NCBI GenBank assembly: GCA_036339875.1
Contig: JAYZAC010000052.1
Location: 1-14,618 of the forward strand
Reading direction: 5' to 3'
From: a bacterium
GTDB taxonomy: Bacteria; Muiribacteriota; UBA6191
DNA: 14,618 nt
Shown one piece after another: positions 1 through 8,118 of the stretch (within the stretch, counting starts at the first letter, position 1; the number at the start of each line of letters is the position of its first letter). A program made the position numbers and the translations under genes. Under the pieces are notes generated by a model, which did no database searches, was not told the origin of the DNA, and saw nothing but the letters and a program-made list of their open reading frames with translations.

Positions 1-2868
1 AAAGATGAAATTGAAACCCAGGTTGGCTTAATCAGCACATTTCCACGGGATGCTGAAAAACCTAGTATTGCACAAGTTGTTCGAAAGCAACCTGCAATTT
101 TAGTAGGAATTCATGGTGACCTAAGTGAGGACGCATTAAAAATATTCTCGGATTCCATTCGAGATGAACTGCTTAAGCTGCCACAGATAACGCTCATCGA
201 TTATTTAGATAACAAAGAACGCGAAATCAGCATTGAAGTTTCTGAAGCCAAACTTCAAATGTATGGCTTTACCTTTTCACAAGTATCTCAGGCTATTCGT
301 CGAGAGAGTGTTAATATTCCGGCGGGCCTAATTCGATCAGACGGTGGCGAAATCATGGTTCGCACCATCGATCAAAAATATACTGGGCAGCAAATGAAGA
401 GTATTATTTTGAGGGCTAATCCTGATGGATCTCAAATAAGACTGGGAGATGTCGCTACAGTAATTGATTCTTTCAAAGATGATAATCGTAAAAGCCTAAT
501 GGATGGCATCAATACTAAAGTCCTGAGAATTTATAAAACTTCTGGACAGGATCTTATAAAAATTGCGGATGCTGTAAAAGCTTATGTAGCAAAAAAACAG
601 AGTGAGCTTCCCAGTAATATCGAGATGTTATGGTGGAGTGATTCTTCGCGAATGGTGAAAGGACGACTTGCATTAATGGTCAGAAATGGCCTGCAAGGAC
701 TTTTACTGGTTTTTCTTGGGCTTACTCTGTTTTTGGAATTGAGACTAGCCTTCTTTGTCGCGCTTGGAATTCCAATCTCATTTCTTGGCGCTTTTGTTCT
801 AATGCAGTTTGCAGGTCAATCTTTTAACATGCTTTCACTATTTGCCATGATACTTGTACTAGGCATTGTAGTAGACGATGCAGTAGTGGTCGGAGAGTCT
901 ATTTTTCAAAGACTCCGGAAAGGTGAGAAACCCGAGTGGGCCGCTTACAATGGTACGACCCAAGTCTTTTGGCCCGTGGTTGCATCCGTATCTACTACTA
1001 TTGTAGCTTTTGTACCGCTATATTTCGTAGATGGAATGATGGGAAAGTTTTTTGCAGTTGTTCCATTCGTTGTTATCGCAGCACTTTTACTCTCTCTCGT
1101 AGAATCTATTATCATACTTCCTGGTCACATTGCTCATCATGTTAAACCAATTCAGAAGCAAAATTTCTTCACTCGACTACAAGCAAAAATGCAGCGCTTG
1201 ATGCAAGAAGGAATAGAGTGGTTTATTCGCAGAGTTTACTTAAAATCCGTACGCTTCATTTTGAGATATCGTTATGCTGCTGTCGCTAGTGCATTCTCTC
1301 TGCTAATTATTTCAGTAGGGATGATTGCGGGGGGAAGAGTTGAGTTCAATTTCATGCCCAAAACTGATAACGATGTGGTTCTGGTTTACCTTGAGTTTGC
1401 TCCTGGAATTGACTTTAAGCATACCGAGAAGTGGGCAGATCATATCTTATCAAAACTCTACGTTACCGAAAAAAATATGCGGGAGCAATTCGAAGTAACT
1501 GGACGAAAGGCTGGCTTTCCTTTTGTTAAGCATGTTTATACCTCAATTGGCAACGGAGGATCCCATAATGCTCGAATTCAAGTAGAACTTTTACCAGCAG
1601 AAAATCGCAACATCCACTACATGGAAATCTTAGAGGAATGGCGTAAAGAAGTTGGAGTAATTCCTGAAGCAGTAAAGGTAAGATACGCATCTCGAATGAT
1701 GGGACCCTCTGGGCAAGCTCTAGCGATTCATGTTCAGGGAAATAACTTCAATAGTATGATTGAGGTTAAAGATAAACTGAAATCAGAAATTTCAAAGTAC
1801 CCATTTGTTAATGATATTTATGATGATTTTACAATTGGTAAACTTGAAGCTCGACTTCAGTTAAAACCTCTAGCTAGACATTTAGGAATCTCTTTAAGAG
1901 ATGTGGCGACTCAACTTAGGCAGTCGTATTTTGGAGATCAAGCATTGAGGATTCAACGCGGCAAAGACGATATAAGGGTGTACGTTCGATATCCGCGCTC
2001 TGAGAGACGAAGCCTTGACTCCCTTACGAACATGTTTATACGTACTCCTCAAGGTAGACAAATACCGTTTTCTCAAGTTGCCGAAATTGTATATGCACGA
2101 GGTTACAGCATCATTAAACATAAAGATCGTAATCGCATTATTAATGTTTTTGCCGACATAGATTCCAAAAAAGGTAACAGTGGACAATTGGTATCCGAAC
2201 TCGGCCAGGATTTTGTACCCATGCTTAAAAAAGATCATCCCGATGTCAGTATTTCATTTGGTGGTCAAGCAGAACAAAGAGCCAAGTCTTTAGGCTCCCT
2301 ATATATGGGCTTCTTCATTGCCATGTTGGTTATATACACCATCTTATCAACTATATTTAGAAGCTACATGCAGCCCCTGATAATAATGATGGCGATACCA
2401 TTTGGATTCATCGGCGCAGTTTTTGGTCATATGGTTATGGGAATGAAATTGACCATAATGAGCATGTTTGGATTGGTTGCTCTAGCGGGCATCGTAGTAA
2501 ATAATTCCCTTTTACTCATAGAGTTTATAAACCGTAAAATCAGGGCCGGGAGCCCTATGATGTTAGCTGTATCAAGATCTGGACAAGAGCGTTTTATGGC
2601 AATATTTCTAACATCGGTTACCACCTGTCTAGGTATTACACCAATGCTTTTTGAGAAAAGTATTCAAGCACAGTTCCTTCAGCCTTGTGTAGTTAGTTTG
2701 GGATTTGGGCTTGTGGGATCAACAATTTTCACCTTACTGCTGATACCAGCAATGTATGTGATTCTGTATGACATTCGAGCCTCAATCGCTAGTTTTTTTA
2801 GAGGTTATCCTGTAAAGCCTATTGAGTTTATACGTAAAAGTACCTTCCCATCCGATTCGGAACAATGA
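1..2868 (+). CDS. RND efflux transporter permease subunit (AcrB/AcrD/AcrF family, MdtB/C-like), 5'-truncated by window edge
   Basis: Frame is open from base 1 (KDEIETQVGLISTFPRDAEKP...EREISIEVSEAKLQMY), so ATG 259 is internal. RND motifs present: TM4 GIVVDDAVVVGE (DD at 874-879), IRLGDVATV, TM10 GIVVNNSLLL, TM11 RFMAIFLTSVTT, two TM blocks separated by periplasmic domains. Confidence 0.95.
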   Translation, partial: KDEIETQVGLISTFPRDAEKPSIAQVVRKQPAILVGIHGDLSEDALKIFSDSIRDELLKLPQITLIDYLDNKEREISIEVSEAKLQMYGFTFSQVSQAIRRESVNIPAGLIRSDGGEIMVRTIDQKYTGQQMKSIILRANPDGSQIRLGDVATVIDSFKDDNRKSLMDGINTKVLRIYKTSGQDLIKIADAVKAYVAKKQSELPSNIEMLWWSDSSRMVKGRLALMVRNGLQGLLLVFLGLTLFLELRLAFFVALGIPISFLGAFVLMQFAGQSFNMLSLFAMILVLGIVVDDAVVVGESIFQRLRKGEKPEWAAYNGTTQVFWPVVASVSTTIVAFVPLYFVDGMMGKFFAVVPFVVIAALLLSLVESIIILPGHIAHHVKPIQKQNFFTRLQAKMQRLMQEGIEWFIRRVYLKSVRFILRYRYAAVASAFSLLIISVGMIAGGRVEFNFMPKTDNDVVLVYLEFAPGIDFKHTEKWADHILSKLYVTEKNMREQFEVTGRKAGFPFVKHVYTSIGNGGSHNARIQVELLPAENRNIHYMEILEEWRKEVGVIPEAVKVRYASRMMGPSGQALAIHVQGNNFNSMIEVKDKLKSEISKYPFVNDIYDDFTIGKLEARLQLKPLARHLGISLRDVATQLRQSYFGDQALRIQRGKDDIRVYVRYPRSERRSLDSLTNMFIRTPQGRQIPFSQVAEIVYARGYSIIKHKDRNRIINVFADIDSKKGNSGQLVSELGQDFVPMLKKDHPDVSISFGGQAEQRAKSLGSLYMGFFIAMLVIYTILSTIFRSYMQPLIIMMAIPFGFIGAVFGHMVMGMKLTIMSMFGLVALAGIVVNNSLLLIEFINRKIRAGSPMMLAVSRSGQERFMAIFLTSVTTCLGITPMLFEKSIQAQFLQPCVVSLGFGLVGSTIFTLLLIPAMYVILYDIRASIASFFRGYPVKPIEFIRKSTFPSDSEQ

Positions 2869-2874
2869 TAGCTT

Positions 2875-2899
2875 TAGTGGAATAGTCTCTTGCCCACTA
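2875..2899 (+). terminator. Stem-loop just after the RND stop codon; possible weak terminator or 3' stabilising hairpin
   Basis: TAGTGG (2875-2880) and CCACTA (2894-2899) are inverted repeats. It is followed only by CCTCTT, not a clean U-tract. Confidence 0.3.
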
Positions 2900-2918
2900 C
2901 CTCTTCAAGGTGTAATAT
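2890..2918 (+). promoter_or_regulatory. Putative sigma70 promoter for gcvP
   Basis: TTGCCC (2890-2895), 17-bp spacer, TAATAT (2913-2918); about 90 nt upstream of the gcvP start. Confidence 0.5.
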
Positions 2919-2925
2919 GCGGTAA

Positions 2926-2938
2926 GTCTGTCAGACAG
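2926..2938. promoter_or_regulatory. Palindromic candidate operator at the predicted transcription start
   Basis: GTCTG-T-CAGAC (2926-2936) and CTGTC-A-GACAG (2928-2938) are overlapping palindromes; core TGTCAGA recurs at 2971-2977. Confidence 0.35.
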
Positions 2939-3001
2939 CCCTTGAATAGCTCTGTTGCTGGGATTGGGTTTGTCAGATCTTTCGATCGGTTCACATATAT
3001 T

Positions 3002-3006
3002 AGGAG
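3002..3006 (+). promoter_or_regulatory. Shine-Dalgarno of gcvP
   Basis: AGGAG 5 nt upstream of ATG 3012. Confidence 0.75.
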
Positions 3007-3011
3007 CTTCA

Positions 3012-6005
3012 ATGGCCATGGCAAAGCAGGAATTAAATTACGACCCACAGAATCTACCGCGTGAATTTAAGACTCATTATATCAGCGCAACAGAACAGGA
3101 TATTAACGAAATGCTTTCCACGTTAGGGCTAAGTAAACTCGAGGATTTATTTGAGCACATCCCCCCATCAATACGTATGAATAAAGCTCCTAATGTACCA
3201 CCTCGTCTTGAGTACCGAGAATTGTACAATCATCTCGTCGAAATTAGTAAGAAAAACAAACCGGCCACCAGTTTTGTAGGTGATGGACTTACGCAAATCA
3301 GTGAACATCCCATAGCAGCCAAAATTGCTAGTATAAGAGGATTAACGACTGCCTATACCCCATATCAACCTGAGCGCAGTCAGGGTACTCTAATGACCAT
3401 GTGGCTGTATCAAAATGTACTCAATCGATTGACTGGAATCGAAGCAATCAACGCATCAATGTACGAACGCAGCACCTGCTTGTATGAAGCAATCCAATGC
3501 TCTAAGCGTATTGTCAAAAAGAGCTCTATCGCCATTGTCGTAGACCATCTATATCCAGGGGATAAAGAAGTACTAAATACCTTGTCCGATGGAACCGATT
3601 TGGAAATTCGCTTTGCGCCACTGTCAGAAAATGGTGTTGTAGATTTAATTGCGCTCGAACACATGGTGAAAGAAGCAGGTCAAAATTTAGCTTGTCTAGT
3701 CTTTCAACAAGTTAATTGTTTAGGCAATTTAGAAGATGTTCACAACTTGACAAATTTAGCTCATGAATATAGTTCACAAGCCATAGCAGTGATCGATCCA
3801 TTGCATTTAGTCAAAGGTGGTTTAAAACCTCCCTCTGAGTTTGGCGAACAAGGTGCCGACATGATAGTTGGTGAAGCCCAGCACCTAGCTATTGACGCAA
3901 ATTATGGCGGGCCCGGCCTTGGATTGTTCGGTATACGCTTCAATGAGCAAAATAAGACCGCTATTCGTTCGACCGCCGGCCGTTACGTTGGTAATGCAAA
4001 AGATGAGTCAGATAGAGAATGTAAAGTAATGGTGCTCTCGACAAGAGAGCAACATATTCGTAAGGAGAAAGCTACTTCAAACATCTGTTCTAACCAAGGC
4101 TTCGTTGCAACAATGGCGGGTGCTTCGATACTTGCACGAGGAGATGATGAACTCGCTGCCATACTAGAAAAATCGACACGTATTGCGCATGAAGCGGCTA
4201 CTGCCTTAACCGCCTTCGAAGGAGTTGAATTAAGCTATCCTAAGCAAGCTTTTCTAAATAGTTTCAGTCTTACTTTGCCGATAGAGGCTTCTGTATTTCT
4301 AGAAAGAGCGGAATCTGAGGGACTCATTGCTGGAGTGAACCTTAAAGATCGTGTAAGAAGCCATAATCAAGTTTTATTGAGCTTTAGTGACCAAAATAGT
4401 AATGAAGACTTACAGAAACTCATAAATTTCTTTAAGACGCAATTTTCTGATGGGATTAGCCAGAAACCAGTAAATATACCAACGGAATTCAAACGTAACA
4501 CTGAGCCTGGTATTCCAAAATTTAGTAGCGATGAAATATACGAGTATTATAAAAAACTTGGCGAACAGAACATCAGTCCTGATCAAGGTCCGTATCCGCT
4601 GGGCTCCTGTACAATGAAATATAATCCATACATTAATGATGCCTGCGCAAGTCTTCCTGATTTCACGAAAGTTCATCCACAAGTCCCTGAAACAATAAGT
4701 CAAGGATGTCTTCAAATTTTATTTGAGGTACAGGAAACCTTTAAGACAATGCTTGGACTCCCAGGGTGTACGACTCAACCAGTAGCTGGTGCTCAGGGGG
4801 AATTAGTAGGCATTAAAATGTTTCAAGCGTACCATCGGGACCATAGTAGTACCAAGCGCGACATTCTGATTATCCCAAGGAGTGCTCACGGTACAAATTA
4901 TGCTACTGCCACTATGGCCGGGTTCAAACCTAAAAATGCTGATGGAGTACCCGGATTACTACTAGTTGACGCCGACGACTCTGGTCAAGTCGATATGGAA
5001 CAGTTACGCTCAGTTGTAATTGAGCATGGAAACCGAATTGCTGGAATTATGGTAACAAATCCTAACACCTCTGGGATAATGGAGACTAGATTTGCTGAAA
5101 TTGCCGAATTAATTCATGAAGTTGGAGGCCTAGTATATATGGATGGGGCTAACTTAAATGCAATCGCAGGCTGGGCTGATCTTGGTAGGATGGGAGTTGA
5201 TGCCGTACATAGCAATCTTCACAAAACTTTCTCAATTCCACATGGTGGTGGAGGTCCTGGTGATGCCATTGTCGCAGTGAGTCAAAAATTAATAAATTAT
5301 CTACCAGGTTTGCAGTATAAATATGAAAATGGAACTTACCAAAGTTTTAAGACCGAAAAATCAATAGGCTCTTTTCACAGACATCATGGAAATTTTGCAC
5401 ATAAAGTACGTGCTTACACCTATCTTCGAGCCCTTGGTCCAGAGGGTATTCGAAAGATGTGTGCAGTCGCAGTCCTCTCAGCTCGCTACCTTCATCATCA
5501 ATTAAAAGATTCTTTTCCAGGACTTCCCTCCACATCCTCGGAACCTAAAATGCATGAGTTCATTTTAACTTTATCACCAGAGACATTCGAAGCTATTCAA
5601 GCAAAAGGCATTAAACATTCATTAGTAATTGCCAGAGTTGGTAAATTATTTTTAGACTTTGGAATGCATGCTCCAACAGTGGCTTGGCCAGAGACTTATG
5701 GACTAATGGTTGAACCCACGGAAAGCTACACAAAAGCCGAGTTGGATAGATTTATAGAAGTGGTCAAGGAAATTCAGTCCATCTTAAATGAAAATCCTGA
5801 AGTTCTCCTAACGGTGCCTCATTTCACTCCAGTAGACCGAATTGATGATGTAAGTGCCAACAAAAATTTGGTTTTTAATGGCCCGCTGGAAACATTACCT
5901 ATTATTTTACCGAATAGAATTCCACCTGTCGATTTAGCTAGACTACCTGTTAATGAAATACGAAATCGAATCATCAGGGCTCATGAACAAGAAACTTTAA
6001 GTTGA
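3012..6005 (+). CDS. gcvP: Glycine dehydrogenase (decarboxylating), glycine cleavage P protein, single-chain GcvPA+GcvPB type, 997 aa
   Basis: Motifs: TAYTPYQPERSQG, NASMY, GGPGLG, TREQHIRKEKATSNICSNQ, YPLGSCTMKYNP, QPVAGAQGE, SAHGTN, YMDGANLNA, PLP-lysine motif HSNLHKTFSIPHGGGGPG (Lys codon 5223-5225), LMVEPTES. Start moved from TTG 2955 to ATG 3012 because of the RBS (ATG 3018 is an alternative). Confidence 0.95.
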   Translation: MAMAKQELNYDPQNLPREFKTHYISATEQDINEMLSTLGLSKLEDLFEHIPPSIRMNKAPNVPPRLEYRELYNHLVEISKKNKPATSFVGDGLTQISEHPIAAKIASIRGLTTAYTPYQPERSQGTLMTMWLYQNVLNRLTGIEAINASMYERSTCLYEAIQCSKRIVKKSSIAIVVDHLYPGDKEVLNTLSDGTDLEIRFAPLSENGVVDLIALEHMVKEAGQNLACLVFQQVNCLGNLEDVHNLTNLAHEYSSQAIAVIDPLHLVKGGLKPPSEFGEQGADMIVGEAQHLAIDANYGGPGLGLFGIRFNEQNKTAIRSTAGRYVGNAKDESDRECKVMVLSTREQHIRKEKATSNICSNQGFVATMAGASILARGDDELAAILEKSTRIAHEAATALTAFEGVELSYPKQAFLNSFSLTLPIEASVFLERAESEGLIAGVNLKDRVRSHNQVLLSFSDQNSNEDLQKLINFFKTQFSDGISQKPVNIPTEFKRNTEPGIPKFSSDEIYEYYKKLGEQNISPDQGPYPLGSCTMKYNPYINDACASLPDFTKVHPQVPETISQGCLQILFEVQETFKTMLGLPGCTTQPVAGAQGELVGIKMFQAYHRDHSSTKRDILIIPRSAHGTNYATATMAGFKPKNADGVPGLLLVDADDSGQVDMEQLRSVVIEHGNRIAGIMVTNPNTSGIMETRFAEIAELIHEVGGLVYMDGANLNAIAGWADLGRMGVDAVHSNLHKTFSIPHGGGGPGDAIVAVSQKLINYLPGLQYKYENGTYQSFKTEKSIGSFHRHHGNFAHKVRAYTYLRALGPEGIRKMCAVAVLSARYLHHQLKDSFPGLPSTSSEPKMHEFILTLSPETFEAIQAKGIKHSLVIARVGKLFLDFGMHAPTVAWPETYGLMVEPTESYTKAELDRFIEVVKEIQSILNENPEVLLTVPHFTPVDRIDDVSANKNLVFNGPLETLPIILPNRIPPVDLARLPVNEIRNRIIRAHEQETLS

Positions 6006-7112
6006 ATTAAAGTAATGATTTTCAATCTCTCGTGCTACTTTTTTCCAACTAAAAATCTCGGATTTTGCTAGACCAAAAGCGGCACGCTGTATTAAATCTT
6101 TCTCATTCATACTTGAAATCAAATTGAAGGCTTCCAGTACTTTATCGGGACGTTCAAAATCAGCGAACTCCCCTAGGCCACAGAAAAGATCGAGAAATGA
6201 TTGATTTGGATGAAGCATCAAAAGGCTGCCCGAAGCCAATGCTTCCATGCTTGCCAATCCAAACCCCTCATATTCTGATGCACTAACAAACAAACCCGAG
6301 CAGTGATATAGTTTCAACAATTCTTCAGAACTTAAATTTGAAAAAAAATTTATAGACTTCTTCGAATTTAATCCTCGGGTAAGCTCTTTCCATTGACCTG
6401 AAAATTGTTCTGTGCCAACAATTGTCAAACTTAAATTTGAATGGTGCCGATGACAATGGTCGAAAGCTTGGAGTAATCGATGGACCTGCTTATTTGATTC
6501 AAATCCACCAACATACAACCAATTATTGAGTTTAAGTTCACGAACTTGCTTTGGTCGAAAATAATCAACATCTACGCCGTTTTCCACTAGTTCTACATTA
6601 TCGCAAATACTCTTAAACTTGAAAAAATCTTGCCGAGAACAGGCCAGAACTTTAAGTACATTTCTTAATTGAAAACGCGTGCGAGTGTGAAAAAAAATGT
6701 TTTTGAGCATTCTTAATTTTGAAGTATGAAAATAACCTCCATGGGTACTCAAAAATAAAGGAATATCGCTAAATCTCATAACTGCTGACAAAAATCCATC
6801 TACACCATGCACATGAACAATATCATAATCCTTAAGACATAAGCCTAGACTTGGAACCCAAAAAAAACGCGACCAGCCTCTGAAGGCTACTCTTTTAACA
6901 AAAATATTTTGATCCTTAAAAAAAACTGATGAATCATCACCTAGAGATTCGCCCGTATGAATATTACGATTCAATGTTAAAACATCCACTTCGTGGCCTA
7001 GATTTATTAAATGTCTACTCAGCTGGGCAACATACTCTTGCATTCCCCCAGTACGCGGAAGGAACTGTCGTACGACCTGTAAAATTCGTAGACCATGACG
7101 CTTAACTTCCAC
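5997..7112 (-). CDS. GT4 glycosyltransferase, GumH/AceC-like (putative alpha-mannosyltransferase)
   Basis: VVRQFLPRTGGM, VLTLNR, DIVHVHGVD, STHGGYFHT, ENGVDV and EX7E motif SEYEGFGLASMEA match my recollection of Xanthomonas GumH (VVRQFHPSIGGM / STHGGFFHT / IENGVDV). GTG start with GGGAG RBS 7 nt upstream. Confidence 0.9.
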   Translation of the reverse strand: MEVKRHGLRILQVVRQFLPRTGGMQEYVAQLSRHLINLGHEVDVLTLNRNIHTGESLGDDSSVFFKDQNIFVKRVAFRGWSRFFWVPSLGLCLKDYDIVHVHGVDGFLSAVMRFSDIPLFLSTHGGYFHTSKLRMLKNIFFHTRTRFQLRNVLKVLACSRQDFFKFKSICDNVELVENGVDVDYFRPKQVRELKLNNWLYVGGFESNKQVHRLLQAFDHCHRHHSNLSLTIVGTEQFSGQWKELTRGLNSKKSINFFSNLSSEELLKLYHCSGLFVSASEYEGFGLASMEALASGSLLMLHPNQSFLDLFCGLGEFADFERPDKVLEAFNLISSMNEKDLIQRAAFGLAKSEIFSWKKVAREIENHYFNST

Positions 7113-8118
7113 TATTAGTCTCCCTGCAAACTTTATTAATCAAGCGAGGACCACGAGGTCCAAAAATAAAACCTATTAAGTAGCTGAAACCATGAATTAT
7201 TGGATAAAAAATTAGTATTAGAGGAGCATATCCCCAAAAACTAGGTGTTAGAGTCAGACTACGAAATATAATTAAACTCAATACAAAATATAAAAACAAA
7301 AGGATTCCAGGAACTAGGGGCCAAAGATAATTTACTAGTGGCAGCAAGCTAACGAACAAAATAGAGATAGAACCCCTTAATTGATAAGTACCCAATCGAC
7401 CTTTGACAAAAGGACTACCTATCCAACTTGAGGCTTCTGGATTACGCCGCTTGAAGTAAGGTTCAAAAAAATATTTTCTAGCATCTTTTAATAGAAATAA
7501 AGGGTCCCTAGAATCATGAGCTGGATGATTGGCAGTCATTTGGTCAACTACAGGTAAGTTATAACCGTTACGCACAAACCGTAAACCAAGGTCTGTATCT
7601 TCTCTAAAATGAATACCAAAAGATTTCAAAAAGTAGGCCTCATCAAATCCCCCTAACTTTAGAAATAAATCACGTCTGTAAATAATATTTCCAGAACCAA
7701 AACCATCAACAAAATCGGCTGTAGAAGCTCTAATATGAGACCAATTAGGCGATTTATGAACTCTGGTAATACCCTGATATCCAGCACCCTCAGTTCTGTT
7801 CTGAGTAGGCCACCATTGAATAGATTTTTCATCCATTATAACGTCGTCATCTATAAAATAAATCCATTCTCCTTGAGCTGTTATTGCACCTAGATTCCGA
7901 GCTGCTGATGGTCCACTACCCCTAGAATTCAGAAGCTTTGTATTATATTGTTCACTCAATTCTATGTAATGTTTTCTTACATTTAGATTGGAACCATCAT
8001 CAACAATTATCATTTCGTAGCTTATTGAGGTCAACGCAAACATTCTTACAATAGATTCAAGGCAAACCATCAAATTTTCAGGCCTATTGCGACTCGGAAT
8101 AACAACACTAAACTCCAT
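7102..8118 (-). CDS. GT2 glycosyltransferase with C-terminal membrane helices, 338 aa
   Basis: FSVVIPSRNR, IIVDDGS, GPSAARNLG, DxD-type YFIDDD, LGGFDE, REDTDLGLR, hydrophobic C-terminus. Start placed at ATG 8118, where the GT2 fold begins and overlap with the upstream gene is only 11 nt. Confidence 0.9.
   Translation of the reverse strand: MEFSVVIPSRNRPENLMVCLESIVRMFALTSISYEMIIVDDGSNLNVRKHYIELSEQYNTKLLNSRGSGPSAARNLGAITAQGEWIYFIDDDVIMDEKSIQWWPTQNRTEGAGYQGITRVHKSPNWSHIRASTADFVDGFGSGNIIYRRDLFLKLGGFDEAYFLKSFGIHFREDTDLGLRFVRNGYNLPVVDQMTANHPAHDSRDPLFLLKDARKYFFEPYFKRRNPEASSWIGSPFVKGRLGTYQLRGSISILFVSLLPLVNYLWPLVPGILLFLYFVLSLIIFRSLTLTPSFWGYAPLILIFYPIIHGFSYLIGFIFGPRGPRLINKVCRETNSGS

Noticed and set aside
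259..261. ATG 259 as start of the RND gene
   Set aside because: The frame is open and RND-like from base 1; the real start lies outside the window.
2869..3011. Glycine, THF or ZTP riboswitch upstream of gcvP
   Set aside because: The conserved sequence elements of these aptamers are not present, and the ~90-nt leader is too short for a tandem glycine riboswitch.
2955..3011. N-terminal extension of GcvP from TTG 2955
   Set aside because: No RBS; AGGAG precedes ATG 3012, and P-protein-like sequence starts after it.
2822..3064. 80-aa ORF spanning the RND-gcvP intergenic region as a leader peptide
   Set aside because: TTG start inside the RND gene, no RBS, overlaps both neighbours out of frame, no recognisable features.
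936..5535. Short alternative-frame or antisense ORFs inside the RND and gcvP genes (936-1145, 1894-2238, 2427-2624, 3410-3664, 4410-4715, 5347-5535)
   Set aside because: Fully nested in well-supported genes with no motifs; these are expected shadow ORFs.
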